Shown: positions 45,575 to 55,832 of the stretch, in pieces | Layout of the letters: each line of letters begins with the position of its first letter | Position numbering within the stretch: position 1 is the stretch's first letter | From: a virus | Direction: 5' to 3' (one strand) | Length of the DNA stretch: 64,000 nt | IMG/VR virus record: IMGVR_UViG_3300009184_000043 | Coordinates: 4,745-68,744 of that record | Notes under the pieces: model-generated | Database searches by the model: none | Told to the model about the DNA's origin: nothing | What the model saw: only the letters and a program-made list of their open reading frames with translations | Made by a program: the position numbers and the translations under genes

Positions 45575-46074
45575 TGGCTACACCACCTCTAGTATGTAAT
45601 ACTATTCCTTTTGAAGGAGCAATTTTCCAAAGATGTAATCTACAGATTATTAATGGAACAACTGTAATTAGAGAAATATCTTTATGTGATACAGATATAA
45701 CAATAAATAACTTTTCAAGTTTTACTGGATGTGTTTACGGTAACTCCACTCTTTTGTTAAATTCGGAAGGACTAGGAGAACTTTCTTTTGTAATGATAAA
45801 AGCAACATATCCAACAACACTACCAGTAGCTAGTAGATTTATAAATATAATTTACAATGGAGCTTACCTTCCAATGGCAAATTTAACTATATTAACAGGT
45901 AATCCTAGTGACTATTCACCCAATTTCCCAGGAAGGGGATGGGACTTAGATCCTAATGGTAGTGATATCGAGTCTCCTTTCTTTAGCCAGGGAGGTATGT
46001 TACTCTATAATCCTCATAGTGTTAGAGTAAATGTTGAGGTGATATTAGCCGGAGGGTTTTCTACTATAACATAA
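45574..46074 (+). CDS. Hypothetical late protein, paralog B
   Basis: FQRCNL...ISLCD...GWDL...GGMLL. Confidence 0.6.
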   Translation: MATPPLVCNTIPFEGAIFQRCNLQIINGTTVIREISLCDTDITINNFSSFTGCVYGNSTLLLNSEGLGELSFVMIKATYPTTLPVASRFINIIYNGAYLPMANLTILTGNPSDYSPNFPGRGWDLDPNGSDIESPFFSQGGMLLYNPHSVRVNVEVILAGGFSTIT

Positions 46075-46124
46075 CTAGGAAAATCTTTGTAGATGATGAT
46101 ATATACTAAAAAAGCGAATTAAAA

Positions 46125-48455
46125 ATGGAAAAAAATATTAATCCAGAGATCAACAGATTAAACATGGAAACATCTAAGAATGCTGCAGACTCCTTAAGAG
46201 AGTGGGCAGGTCTAGATGCTACTAAAGCTCCTGTTGCTTCTTCTTTCCTTAATGGATCGACTTCACAAATGCTTAAAGAATCAAATAACAACGATTTTTC
46301 ACCAAAATCAAAAGGAAATACATCTTTTAGTTTCGGTCTTACTAACACAGTTTCAGCACTTAAAAATTCAAGTATTTATGAATTACCAGCAGGTAAAATT
46401 CTTCTTGAAAAATACGAACACCTTCTTTTTAATAAGGGAATATCTGAAGCTTTCTTAATTGAGGGATTAATCGAAGACCTTAGATCTTTTTCTTGGGAAA
46501 ATTCAGTTGCACCGGTTTTAGAAAACTTATCTGACACATACGAAAAAAATAGAAGAGAGGTTGAGGTTTTAAAAACATACGAAACTATCAAAGGAGCTTC
46601 AGGAAAAGAATTATTTTCTGATGCAACATCTCAAATGAAAAATTGGTTAGTATCAGAAAAAAGAACATCAGACACTTTAATTCATGGACTTAAAAGATTT
46701 GGATTTAATCCAATGGTTAGAAATTTAGTTAGTTTCCTTTCTATCTATGAAAATAACGAAACTGGTAAATTTAATGTAGGATACGATAATGATGTTTGTG
46801 AAGTTACTAACATCTATTCTCCTGTTCATGTAAATGAAAACGAATCTATATTCTATGCTTCTGGCAAATTCTTCAAATTAGACGGAGATACTAACAGCAT
46901 CTTCGAATGTGAAATGGAAGAGGTTCCTGCTGAACTTGCTGATAAAGCTCAGGTATTAGCTGATAGAGATATTAAAATTGGCAACAATAAGATATCTTTA
47001 AATCTAGGTAACAATAGAATAGAGATCGTATTCGAAAACGAAACTAAAAATATTTACTTTGATGGTAAAAAAATAAGCGAAGAAGATCTTCCAGCAGTAG
47101 TTAGTGTTTCAACCAATAATCTATTAGAAGGTTCAAACCACAAGATTGCAAAAGCGATGTTTGTTTCTAATGTAGCTGAAGAATTAGTTGATCTTGACTT
47201 TGGCAAGAAAATTAAATCTAAAATCTACGAAGGAGTAGAAGCTAACATTTTTAAAATCGAAGGTAAAATCTACGTACAAACTGTTAATCCTTCTATGAGA
47301 CTTAACAAAATGTACGAAGCTAATGCAACACAAGCTATTAACATCGTACAAGATTTTCTTAAATATGATATCTCAGAATCTCTTACAGAATTCTTAGATG
47401 GAGAAAAAGCTTTCTTAAGCATTATGAAAAACGATAAAAAAGAGATCGTTAATAATATAGAAATATTAGAAAGTGAATTAAGAAAAATCGATCAGGCTAA
47501 AGAACAAAATCCTTTACTTGTAAATTCACAAGAATTAATTTCTTTAACAGAAGGGATCGAAAATGAGATCGAATCTCTTAAAGATAGATGGAATCAAATT
47601 AACGTTGAGATATCTAGATTTGAAAATAAAGCAAAGGTGATCGATTCAGTTAATGAAGATATGGGATATCCAATCGACACTGAGATTAGAGTAAAAAGAA
47701 ATGGTGTTAAAGGTAAAGTAATAGGCGTTGATGGTAGTTCAAAAACTTACACAGTGCTTTTTAAGGAAGGTAAGACAGGAGAATATTTTTTCTCTGACGT
47801 AGAAGATCTTACCGACGAAGTAGATAATTATGATATTCAAGCACCAGAATTAGATCTTGAATTTAGCGATGACACTGCAAATGAATCTAGTCAAAACTTT
47901 GCATCTGCACCGGATAAAGCAGCTGCTAGTCACTACGATAAAGTTTTTATGAGTATGTACAAAAAACATTTATCAGCTGCTCCTAATAAAAAAACTGGAT
48001 CTTCATCTAAGTTTATTGATGATTCAAAAAATTCTAATTTAGCTTCTGTTTCTAATTCTGGAAAACAATCACCGTTAACAGGAAGAGGAATTAAGAACAA
48101 TGCAGGAATGGCTAATTCCCCTAAAGGAAGTGCAGGTAAAGGTAAAAACTTTATCGATAACCCATCAAATGCAGATTTAGCTGATGCACCTGGATCTAAG
48201 ATCAAAACACCAGGTAAATTCATACAGGATCTTAAAAGCATGAATTTAGCTTTAAAGGAGAATCAAAAAAATTCACATATTGAAAAGGCTCCTAAAGGAA
48301 AAACTGAAAAGCCAAAAAAATTCATCGAAGATGAAGATGATGCTAATTTAGCTGATGCTCACGGTAACAGCAAAAAAAATGGTTCTAAATTCGTAGAAGA
48401 TATCAATAGAGCAGGACTTTCTAAAGCACCTGCTTCTAAATCAAAAAAAAACTAA
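46125..48455 (+). CDS. Large late protein (possible head/core protein) with repeated basic C-terminal motif
   Basis: 776 aa; GATATATA 46098; repeats of KFI.D....NLA.AP. Confidence 0.65.
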   Translation: MEKNINPEINRLNMETSKNAADSLREWAGLDATKAPVASSFLNGSTSQMLKESNNNDFSPKSKGNTSFSFGLTNTVSALKNSSIYELPAGKILLEKYEHLLFNKGISEAFLIEGLIEDLRSFSWENSVAPVLENLSDTYEKNRREVEVLKTYETIKGASGKELFSDATSQMKNWLVSEKRTSDTLIHGLKRFGFNPMVRNLVSFLSIYENNETGKFNVGYDNDVCEVTNIYSPVHVNENESIFYASGKFFKLDGDTNSIFECEMEEVPAELADKAQVLADRDIKIGNNKISLNLGNNRIEIVFENETKNIYFDGKKISEEDLPAVVSVSTNNLLEGSNHKIAKAMFVSNVAEELVDLDFGKKIKSKIYEGVEANIFKIEGKIYVQTVNPSMRLNKMYEANATQAINIVQDFLKYDISESLTEFLDGEKAFLSIMKNDKKEIVNNIEILESELRKIDQAKEQNPLLVNSQELISLTEGIENEIESLKDRWNQINVEISRFENKAKVIDSVNEDMGYPIDTEIRVKRNGVKGKVIGVDGSSKTYTVLFKEGKTGEYFFSDVEDLTDEVDNYDIQAPELDLEFSDDTANESSQNFASAPDKAAASHYDKVFMSMYKKHLSAAPNKKTGSSSKFIDDSKNSNLASVSNSGKQSPLTGRGIKNNAGMANSPKGSAGKGKNFIDNPSNADLADAPGSKIKTPGKFIQDLKSMNLALKENQKNSHIEKAPKGKTEKPKKFIEDEDDANLADAHGNSKKNGSKFVEDINRAGLSKAPASKSKKN

Positions 48456-48703
48456 ATACACAAAAAATAATTGAGTCTGTTACTGGCAATCCTGAAGAGG
48501 GGCTTGGTAACAGACTCAATTTTATTTTAGACGATTTGAAAGATTGTCTAGCAAAAATAGAAGAATTGGAAACTTCTAGTAAAGAACATGGTAAGATAGG
48601 TATAGACACAATTAGAAATTCTAGGAAAAATTTGGAACAATTGAAAGTAAATTTAGAAAATCAGCTACAAAAGCTCCAAAATAATCTCCCTGAAGAACAA
48701 TGA
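48449..48703 (+). CDS. ATG-less -1 frame extension (84 codons) of the 776-aa gene
   Basis: Open from the A9 run to TGA 48701-48703, which overlaps the next ATG (ATGA). Confidence 0.55.
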   Translation, partial: KLNTQKIIESVTGNPEEGLGNRLNFILDDLKDCLAKIEELETSSKEHGKIGIDTIRNSRKNLEQLKVNLENQLQKLQNNLPEEQ

Positions 48704-49056
48704 TCTACGTAAAAAACAAAGAATTAAAAAGAGCACTTTTAGAAAGCAAAGAAAAAGGCCAGCTCACAAGAGAAACCGTTGAAATGTTTACCCTTATAGT
48801 AAACGGTATGTCAAAAACACATTCATATAGAGATAGCGAAGACAGAGAAGACTGTATGTCGTCAGGGCTAGAGGATCTAGTTAAATACTGGAATCGTTAC
48901 GATCCTGCAAAATCCGATAACCCTTTTGCATTCATATCTCAAATCGCACACAACGGTATGAAAAAAGGATGGAAAAAAATCCACCCACCAAAATCAATTA
49001 AAACTATACCTTTTTCTAGAATAGTAAGAGAAGAGAACTCTGTCTATAACGTTTAA
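48700..49056 (+). CDS. Late transcription sigma factor (gp55-like, short)
   Basis: YVKNKEL, Y...DREDC, YDPAKSDNPFAFISQI. Confidence 0.75.
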   Translation: MIYVKNKELKRALLESKEKGQLTRETVEMFTLIVNGMSKTHSYRDSEDREDCMSSGLEDLVKYWNRYDPAKSDNPFAFISQIAHNGMKKGWKKIHPPKSIKTIPFSRIVREENSVYNV

Positions 49057-49058
49057 TT

Positions 49059-49547
49059 TTGGACATTAAAAAGTTAAAACCGAATGGTAAGTGGCAGTCT
49101 GGTAAATATTTTCCAAACAACCCTGAAAAGTACATCGGTGATATACACAATATAATATACAGAAGCTCGTGGGAAAGAAAATTCTGTCAATACTGCGACA
49201 CGAATCCCAATATATTAAAATGGAGTTCTGAGCCTCTTTCGATACCTTATTGGAGTCCTATCGATAAGAAAGAGCATAAATATTTCGTTGATTATTATAT
49301 TCAGGTTAAGAAAGCCGATCAAACCATAGAAAATTGGTTTATAGAGATCAAACCCGAAAATCAATATGATATAACAAAACGTCCACAAGAACCGATAGGT
49401 AATTTAACTGAAAAGAAAATTAGAAATTACAACGAGAAGCTTAAGACATGGATAATAAATAGATCAAAGTTTGAGGCAGCAACAAGATTTGCAGAAGCAA
49501 GGGGTTATAAATTTGGAGCTATAAACGAAAACTTTATAATGAGATGA
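49059..49547 (+). CDS. Head completion nuclease (gp4-like)
   Basis: NPEKYIGD...YRSSWE, WSSE, YFVD, IEIKP. Confidence 0.88.
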   Translation: MDIKKLKPNGKWQSGKYFPNNPEKYIGDIHNIIYRSSWERKFCQYCDTNPNILKWSSEPLSIPYWSPIDKKEHKYFVDYYIQVKKADQTIENWFIEIKPENQYDITKRPQEPIGNLTEKKIRNYNEKLKTWIINRSKFEAATRFAEARGYKFGAINENFIMR

Positions 49548-50137
49548 AGCCTTTTAAAGATCAATTTGAAGATTATAAATTAAATGTTTCGGGATTATCA
49601 TCGCTAGCGGAGGAATCTTTTATGTTCTGGTTTAAAAATTTTGTAAACCAAAAGAGTCAATTCAATCCTCAAGGTTTTTTACCCGGTAAATTTTATTCTT
49701 TTGAGTACGATGACGTATTGGAGAAGAATAAGAAATTCATAAATAAAAGACCAGTTATATTTTTTACTGGATTTATGAATTATGAGAATAAGCAGGCTTT
49801 TAGTGGTGTAGATATAATATTAATGCCTCCTATTTTTAGATTAGCATTTTTTTCAAGGATACAATCTGTTTATCAGGATTTAATAGAATCTAATATGAAA
49901 AAAATAGAAAGCGGAGAATCGAGGGGACAGATCCCGCTTAAAACCGATTACGAAACTTTTGATGTTATTATGAAGGGGATACCTTATAAAAATACATATA
50001 GAGTATGGGATTTAAAAAAAGTTCGCGATGTAATGGAAATTCCCTACGAAGATTGGACTAGAATAATATATCTACATACTCGGTCAATTCAAGGGACCCC
50101 GATAGAAGAGATATATACTAAAAACTCAAAGATCTAA
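49544..50137 (+). CDS. DNA end protector (gp2-like)
   Basis: PGKFYSFEY...P.I; position after the gp4-like gene. Confidence 0.55.
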   Translation: MKPFKDQFEDYKLNVSGLSSLAEESFMFWFKNFVNQKSQFNPQGFLPGKFYSFEYDDVLEKNKKFINKRPVIFFTGFMNYENKQAFSGVDIILMPPIFRLAFFSRIQSVYQDLIESNMKKIESGESRGQIPLKTDYETFDVIMKGIPYKNTYRVWDLKKVRDVMEIPYEDWTRIIYLHTRSIQGTPIEEIYTKNSKI

Positions 50138-51756
50138 TGGCTGGATTTACAGACGGAAATAAAACATTTTTTAGCTCTATCGTTGATAGTATTAAAAAGG
50201 TTAGTAGCTTCGGAATGGCTTATGAGGATCTTGTTATAAAGAATTCTCAGGCTGTAGGTGTTTCTGAAGCTCAATTCTTACAAAAGGGTGGAATTAAAGA
50301 CGAGGCTTTCCTTTTCGGATTAAGAAGAGCTGATACGTCTACCAAGCAATACATAGCTTATTTCGATAAGGATTACAAAAACAAAAGACATTATTTACAA
50401 GGATTTGGACAGAACCCAGAGATTGAATTTATCTTAGATACAATATGTGACGAATCTATTGTATACGACGAAAAAAACTTCTGGGCTTATTTCTCTTTCA
50501 TGCAACACGAAGATGTTGATGAGGAAACATACAAGAAAGTACAGAAAAGATATAGGGAGATATACAATCTATTCGGATTTAACCAAGATATTTTAGCTTG
50601 GCATCTTTATAGAAAATTTTTAGTAGAAGGTATTTTATCATTTGAAATAGTTTTTGATAAGAAAGGTAAGAATATCGTAGGATTTAAAGAATTAGATCCT
50701 GCATCTCTCGTACCAACAGTAGAACAACAACCAGATGGAAGCTACATTGATATATGGATACAATATCCGGACAATCCAGCATTAACTAGAAAGCTTTACG
50801 ATTCTCAGATAATTTATATAAGTTATGCAAAAGGAGGCGGTACATCATCTAGAGTAAGCTACGTTGAAAGAATGATTAGATCTTTTAACCTTCTTAGAAT
50901 TATGGAACACACAAGAATCATATGGAACGTGATGAATTCATCATATCGTATGGCAATGACCGTTCCTATTGGTACTAAATCGCCGCAAAAAGCTAAACAA
51001 ACACTTGGAGAACTTATGTCTATCTACAAAGAGGATATAAGATTAAATACGGACAGTGGAGAATTAACAGTAGACGGAAGACCAAAAATACAATTCTTCA
51101 AAAACTATTTAATGCCTTCGTCTCCTAACGGAACTCCTGATATACAACCTTTAGCAGGAGCTGGTGATGCAACAGCATTTAGCGACACGACAGCATTAAA
51201 ATATTTTGCTAATAAGCTCCGAATGGATTCCAAAATTCCCGTAACACGATTCGGAAGAGAAGAATCTGGATCAGAGGGTACAATTACATTTGCTGCAGAA
51301 GGGGTAGATCAAGAGGAAATCAGGTTTGGTAAATTTATTAACAGATTAAGATCTATTTACCAGGATATACTTATGAAGCCTCTATGGGTTCAATTCTGTT
51401 TAGATTTCCCTGAATTAAAAAAAGATTACATTCTTAAATCCGAATTTGGACTAGACTATGTTAAGGAGAACATGTTTAGGGAATCCAAGGATATGGAAGT
51501 AATGACTGCAAGAAAAGATCAGGTTATTAAAATATCAGGACTTAAAAATTCTGAAGGGAAAAACTACTTCAGTATGGATTTCCTTATAGATAGATTCTTA
51601 GGTATGACTAATCAGGATTTATTAGATAACAAAAAAGCTAAAGAAAAAGCTGCAGAAGCAAAAAAAGAAGCAGAGGGAGCTACGGGAGCAGAAGGAGCTA
51701 CAGGAGCAGAAGGAGCTACTGAAGAAGAAGGCGGAGGCGAAGAATTCAAATTATAA
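50137..51756 (+). CDS. Portal protein (gp20-like) 1
   Basis: PEIE..LD.I.DE, ELDP, SY.E, NLLRIME, KIP..R, EEIRFGKFINRLR. Confidence 0.9.
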   Translation: MAGFTDGNKTFFSSIVDSIKKVSSFGMAYEDLVIKNSQAVGVSEAQFLQKGGIKDEAFLFGLRRADTSTKQYIAYFDKDYKNKRHYLQGFGQNPEIEFILDTICDESIVYDEKNFWAYFSFMQHEDVDEETYKKVQKRYREIYNLFGFNQDILAWHLYRKFLVEGILSFEIVFDKKGKNIVGFKELDPASLVPTVEQQPDGSYIDIWIQYPDNPALTRKLYDSQIIYISYAKGGGTSSRVSYVERMIRSFNLLRIMEHTRIIWNVMNSSYRMAMTVPIGTKSPQKAKQTLGELMSIYKEDIRLNTDSGELTVDGRPKIQFFKNYLMPSSPNGTPDIQPLAGAGDATAFSDTTALKYFANKLRMDSKIPVTRFGREESGSEGTITFAAEGVDQEEIRFGKFINRLRSIYQDILMKPLWVQFCLDFPELKKDYILKSEFGLDYVKENMFRESKDMEVMTARKDQVIKISGLKNSEGKNYFSMDFLIDRFLGMTNQDLLDNKKAKEKAAEAKKEAEGATGAEGATGAEGATEEEGGGEEFKL

Positions 51757-51759
51757 AAA

Positions 51760-53403
51760 ATGGCTGGATTTTTAGATAACATAGGTAAATTTAACCCAAA
51801 CGTATCAAGAATACTAAAAACAATTAGTGGACTTGGATCATTTGGTATGGATTACAAAGACATGGTAATTCAAGACTCTATGGCTATTGGTATATCCGAA
51901 GCTGATCTTAGAGAAAGATTTGGATTCAGTGCTGATGATGAGGACTTTATCTATAGTATAGCTGCACAGGATACTACAAATAGAAAATACATTGCATACT
52001 TTGATAAAGATTATCCTTTCAAAAGGGACTTCTTAAGAACATTTGCATTAAATGCTGAAGTAGAATACATTTTAGACACTATTTGTGATGAGGGCATAGT
52101 ATACGATGAAAAGAACTTCTTTTGTCACAATGCGATGCTTAGTATGGATTTACAGGATGATGTAATAAAAGCTCTTAGAAAGAATTTTAGAAAATTATAC
52201 GTACTACATAATTTTGCAAACGGTTTAACTGGATGGCAATACTTTAGACAATTATTAGTTGAAGGATTCTTAGCATTTGAAATAATATATTCTAGCGACG
52301 GTAAAGAAATCGTAGGTTTTAAAGAATTAGATGCTATAAGTCTTACTCCAGCAGTAGAGAAAAAAGCTGACGGGACTAGAGAAACTATATGGTGGCAATA
52401 TTACGGAGAAACTACTAGACAAAGAAGATTGCTAGATGCACAGGTTATTTATATCTCTTATGCTAAAGCAAATACTGTTTCTAGAACTTCCTACGTTGAA
52501 CGTCTTATTAGATCTTATAACTTATTGAAGATCATGGAGCATTCCAGAATTATTTGGAACGTTATGAATGCTCAGTACAGAATTAAGATGACAGTTCCTA
52601 TTGGTAGTAAGTCTCCACAGAAGGCAAAAGAAACTTTAGGAGAGCTTATGTCTGTTTATAAAGAGGACATTAAACTAGATACATCATCAGGTGAGCTTGC
52701 TATTAACGGTAGACCAGATTTACAATTCTATAAGAATTACCTATTTCCCCAACAAGGAGGAGATTCGGTTAAAGTTGAAACTATAAATGCACAAGGTCCA
52801 AACTTAAACGTAATGGATTCGGTTCTTTATTTCTACAATAAGCTAAGACAAGATTCTAAAATCCCATACAATAGGTTCTCATCTCGATTTGGTGTAGGTG
52901 CTAACAACACATTCCATACTGCTGCAGATGGTGCAGAAAGAGACGAGGTTAGATTCTCTAAGTTCATTACACGATTAAGATCAATATTCCAAGAAATAAT
53001 GGTTAAGCCATTATGGATTCAAATGTGTCTTGAATTTCCTCACCTAAAAAATGATACTGAATTTAGAAGCCAAATAGGTATTAAGTTTGAAAGCGATAAC
53101 ACATTCGGTGAATCTAGAGAAATAGAACAATTAATTAAGAAGATAGATTTTGTAACTTCACTAGGGGAGATTAAAGAAACAGTTAACGACGAAGAGGTAC
53201 AATATTTTGATCAGAATTTCCTTATTGAAAGATGGCTAGGACTTCCTAATGATGATATCCAAATGAATAGAACATATCTAGAAAAGGACAAGGAAGAGGG
53301 CCAAGGAGCAGCTACCGGAGCAGCACCAGCAGAAGCACCAGCAGAAGCAGCACCAGCAGAAGCAGCACCAGCAGAAGGTGAAGCACCCGCAGAAGGGGCA
53401 TAA
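51760..53403 (+). CDS. Portal protein (gp20-like) 2
   Basis: Full-length paralog with RDEVRFSKFITRLR. Confidence 0.9.
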   Translation: MAGFLDNIGKFNPNVSRILKTISGLGSFGMDYKDMVIQDSMAIGISEADLRERFGFSADDEDFIYSIAAQDTTNRKYIAYFDKDYPFKRDFLRTFALNAEVEYILDTICDEGIVYDEKNFFCHNAMLSMDLQDDVIKALRKNFRKLYVLHNFANGLTGWQYFRQLLVEGFLAFEIIYSSDGKEIVGFKELDAISLTPAVEKKADGTRETIWWQYYGETTRQRRLLDAQVIYISYAKANTVSRTSYVERLIRSYNLLKIMEHSRIIWNVMNAQYRIKMTVPIGSKSPQKAKETLGELMSVYKEDIKLDTSSGELAINGRPDLQFYKNYLFPQQGGDSVKVETINAQGPNLNVMDSVLYFYNKLRQDSKIPYNRFSSRFGVGANNTFHTAADGAERDEVRFSKFITRLRSIFQEIMVKPLWIQMCLEFPHLKNDTEFRSQIGIKFESDNTFGESREIEQLIKKIDFVTSLGEIKETVNDEEVQYFDQNFLIERWLGLPNDDIQMNRTYLEKDKEEGQGAATGAAPAEAPAEAAPAEAAPAEGEAPAEGA

Positions 53404-53492
53404 TATCGGAACTTAGCATTTTAAGTAGAGTATAATAATAGAATCCTTTTTATTATTAAGTAGGAATTTCTACATTTGCTTAAAATCTTCCA

Positions 53493-54821
53493 ATGAAAAA
53501 AGAACTCAGAATCTTATTAGAGATTGAATCGTCGACAGGTAACGGATCTCAAAAAATTAAACAGGACCTTATAAAGGATAACTATTCTCCGATTTTGGAG
53601 TATTTTCTAAAAGTTGCCTTAGATCCATTTCTTACAACAAAGTTACATAAGCTTGATGTAATAGAGGGGTCACCATATTTAGTCGATGATGACTACAATC
53701 CATTTGAAAAATTTAAGGATTTAACGTCAAGACTTTTTATAGCTCCTGCACCGAATGATAAATTTAGGGAGGAAGCATTTGAATTAGTTAATTGTATAGA
53801 TCTTTCATTTGATGAAAGAAAGATTCTAGGAAAGATACTTACTAAAAGATTAAACATAGGGATAGGTGCTAAGCTAATCAACAAAGCTTTCGGTAAAGAA
53901 GTTATACCAGATCCTAGTCTAATGTTAGCACAAGATGACGAGGACGAGATAAAAAAATGGGATTCAATAATATGCGAAGAAAAATACGATGGTGTTAGAG
54001 TAATTGCATTCGTTTCTGGTAAGGAAGTTAAATTCTACACAAGGGCATTTAATGAAATACCAAATCACTACCTAGAAAAAATAGCAGTAGAATGTTTAGG
54101 CATGATTAAGAATTCACAATTACAAGGGGATTGGTTTTTTGACGGGGAGCTTACAGATCTAGATAGAAAGAGTGTATCTGGTAAAGTTAATCAAATGCTA
54201 AAAGGAAAACCTATGAATTCAATAGGTGACGAGCTTATATTTAACGTATTTGATTTAGAAGATACAGATACTCTTAAAACAGGCAAAGGCATTATTCCTT
54301 TTGATATTAGAAGACAATCGTTAGAGGGGGTTTTTAAGACGTATACGACATCTTCGGTCACTCTAGCAGATTCTTTCTTAACTAAAGAAAAAGAAGACAT
54401 CTACGCTTACTATAAGAAAATCGTAGATGCAGGAGGTGAGGGTGTAATTTTAAAAAATCCAGATCACGTTTACGAATGTAAAAGATCTAAGAATTGGATC
54501 AAGTTAAAAGAAGTAAATGAATGCGATCTTACAATTACTGGCTGGTATCCCGGGGAAGGAAAGAGAGAAGGGTTCATTGGAGGATTTATTTGCGAAGATA
54601 AATCTGGAACTTTAAAAGTGAAAATCGGATCAGGATTCACAGATCGAGATTTAAAAGAATTAAGTGAAAATCCGGATTCACACGTGAACAAAATATGTTC
54701 AGTACAGTATAATGTAATAATAAGTGACAAGAACGGAAACTGGTCATTATTTTTACCTAGATTTGTAGAGATAAGAAACGATAAAGATTTTGCGGACGAT
54801 TTAAAAGATAAATGTAAATGA
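53493..54821 (+). CDS. ATP-dependent DNA ligase
   Basis: EKYDGVR, DGEL, EGVILK, WIKLK, GSGF, FLPRF. Confidence 0.95.
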   Translation: MKKELRILLEIESSTGNGSQKIKQDLIKDNYSPILEYFLKVALDPFLTTKLHKLDVIEGSPYLVDDDYNPFEKFKDLTSRLFIAPAPNDKFREEAFELVNCIDLSFDERKILGKILTKRLNIGIGAKLINKAFGKEVIPDPSLMLAQDDEDEIKKWDSIICEEKYDGVRVIAFVSGKEVKFYTRAFNEIPNHYLEKIAVECLGMIKNSQLQGDWFFDGELTDLDRKSVSGKVNQMLKGKPMNSIGDELIFNVFDLEDTDTLKTGKGIIPFDIRRQSLEGVFKTYTTSSVTLADSFLTKEKEDIYAYYKKIVDAGGEGVILKNPDHVYECKRSKNWIKLKEVNECDLTITGWYPGEGKREGFIGGFICEDKSGTLKVKIGSGFTDRDLKELSENPDSHVNKICSVQYNVIISDKNGNWSLFLPRFVEIRNDKDFADDLKDKCK

Positions 54822-55765
54822 TACAAGAATTATTAACAGAAAAATTAAGGCCAAAGGAATTAAAACATATGATCCTTCCACAAAGGATCAAGGGATCTTT
54901 CGAAAATGGATTACAACAAAATGTCTTACTTTCAGGATCCCCTGGATCAGGTAAGACCAGTATGGCTAAAATTCTAATAAAGAATCACCCATATATTTTT
55001 ATAAACGTATCTGACGAGAGCTCGGTTGAGACAATCAGAACTAAAGTACACGACTTCTGTTCTACAGTTTCTATTCTTGATGGAGAAAATCACATTAAGA
55101 TTGTTGTACTAGATGAGTTTGATGGTGCATCAGAGCAGTTCTACAAGGCTTTAAGAGGCACAATTGAGAAATATGCTAAGACAACAAGATTTGTTGCCAC
55201 GTGCAACTATTTAAGCAAGATCCCAGATGCTATTAAATCTAGATTCGAGGTGTATGACTTTGATCCTGTAAATAAAGAAGAGGAAAACGAAATAAAGATT
55301 GAATGGCAGGAAAGGGTTTCTAAAATACTTTCGTTAATGGAAATAAATCATGATGAAAAAAGCTTAGATCTTTTTTCTAAGAAATATTTCCCAGATATGA
55401 GATCTGCATTGAATACAATTCAAAGATGGCAGATTGATGGGGTAACAGATCTAACTGAAAGTAAAATCAACGAAATAACTTTCGACCACGAGTCTATTTT
55501 CAGTATGATTCTTTCTAAACCTGACAGTATTAGTAATTACCAATATATTGTTGGACAATATTCAGGAAGAGTGGATGAAGTTATGGCTTCTTTGAGTTCT
55601 GACTTTATTAAATGGTTGGAAGAAAAAAATCCATCTAAATTAAATCTTATCCCAGTAACTATAATTACTGTTGCTAAGTATCAATCTCAAAGAAGTCAAG
55701 TAATCGATCCTATAGTCAGTCTTTTGGCTTTGATTTTCGAATTACAGCAGATGTTTAATAAATGA
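54818..55765 (+). CDS. Clamp loader large subunit (gp44/RFC)
   Basis: EKLRP, GSPGSGKT, LDEFD, SRF, PDMR. Confidence 0.92.
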   Translation: MIQELLTEKLRPKELKHMILPQRIKGSFENGLQQNVLLSGSPGSGKTSMAKILIKNHPYIFINVSDESSVETIRTKVHDFCSTVSILDGENHIKIVVLDEFDGASEQFYKALRGTIEKYAKTTRFVATCNYLSKIPDAIKSRFEVYDFDPVNKEEENEIKIEWQERVSKILSLMEINHDEKSLDLFSKKYFPDMRSALNTIQRWQIDGVTDLTESKINEITFDHESIFSMILSKPDSISNYQYIVGQYSGRVDEVMASLSSDFIKWLEEKNPSKLNLIPVTIITVAKYQSQRSQVIDPIVSLLALIFELQQMFNK

Positions 55766-55832
55766 CCATTATACTAGGCATTATGCTTGGATTCATTGCT
55801 AATGCGTAGTATACTATACAAAAAATAATATT

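Noticed and set aside
55762-55808. 15-codon hydrophobic ORF (MTIILGIMLGFIANA) overlapping the clamp-loader stop
   Set aside because: Too short, with no terminator/antiterminator or other support.
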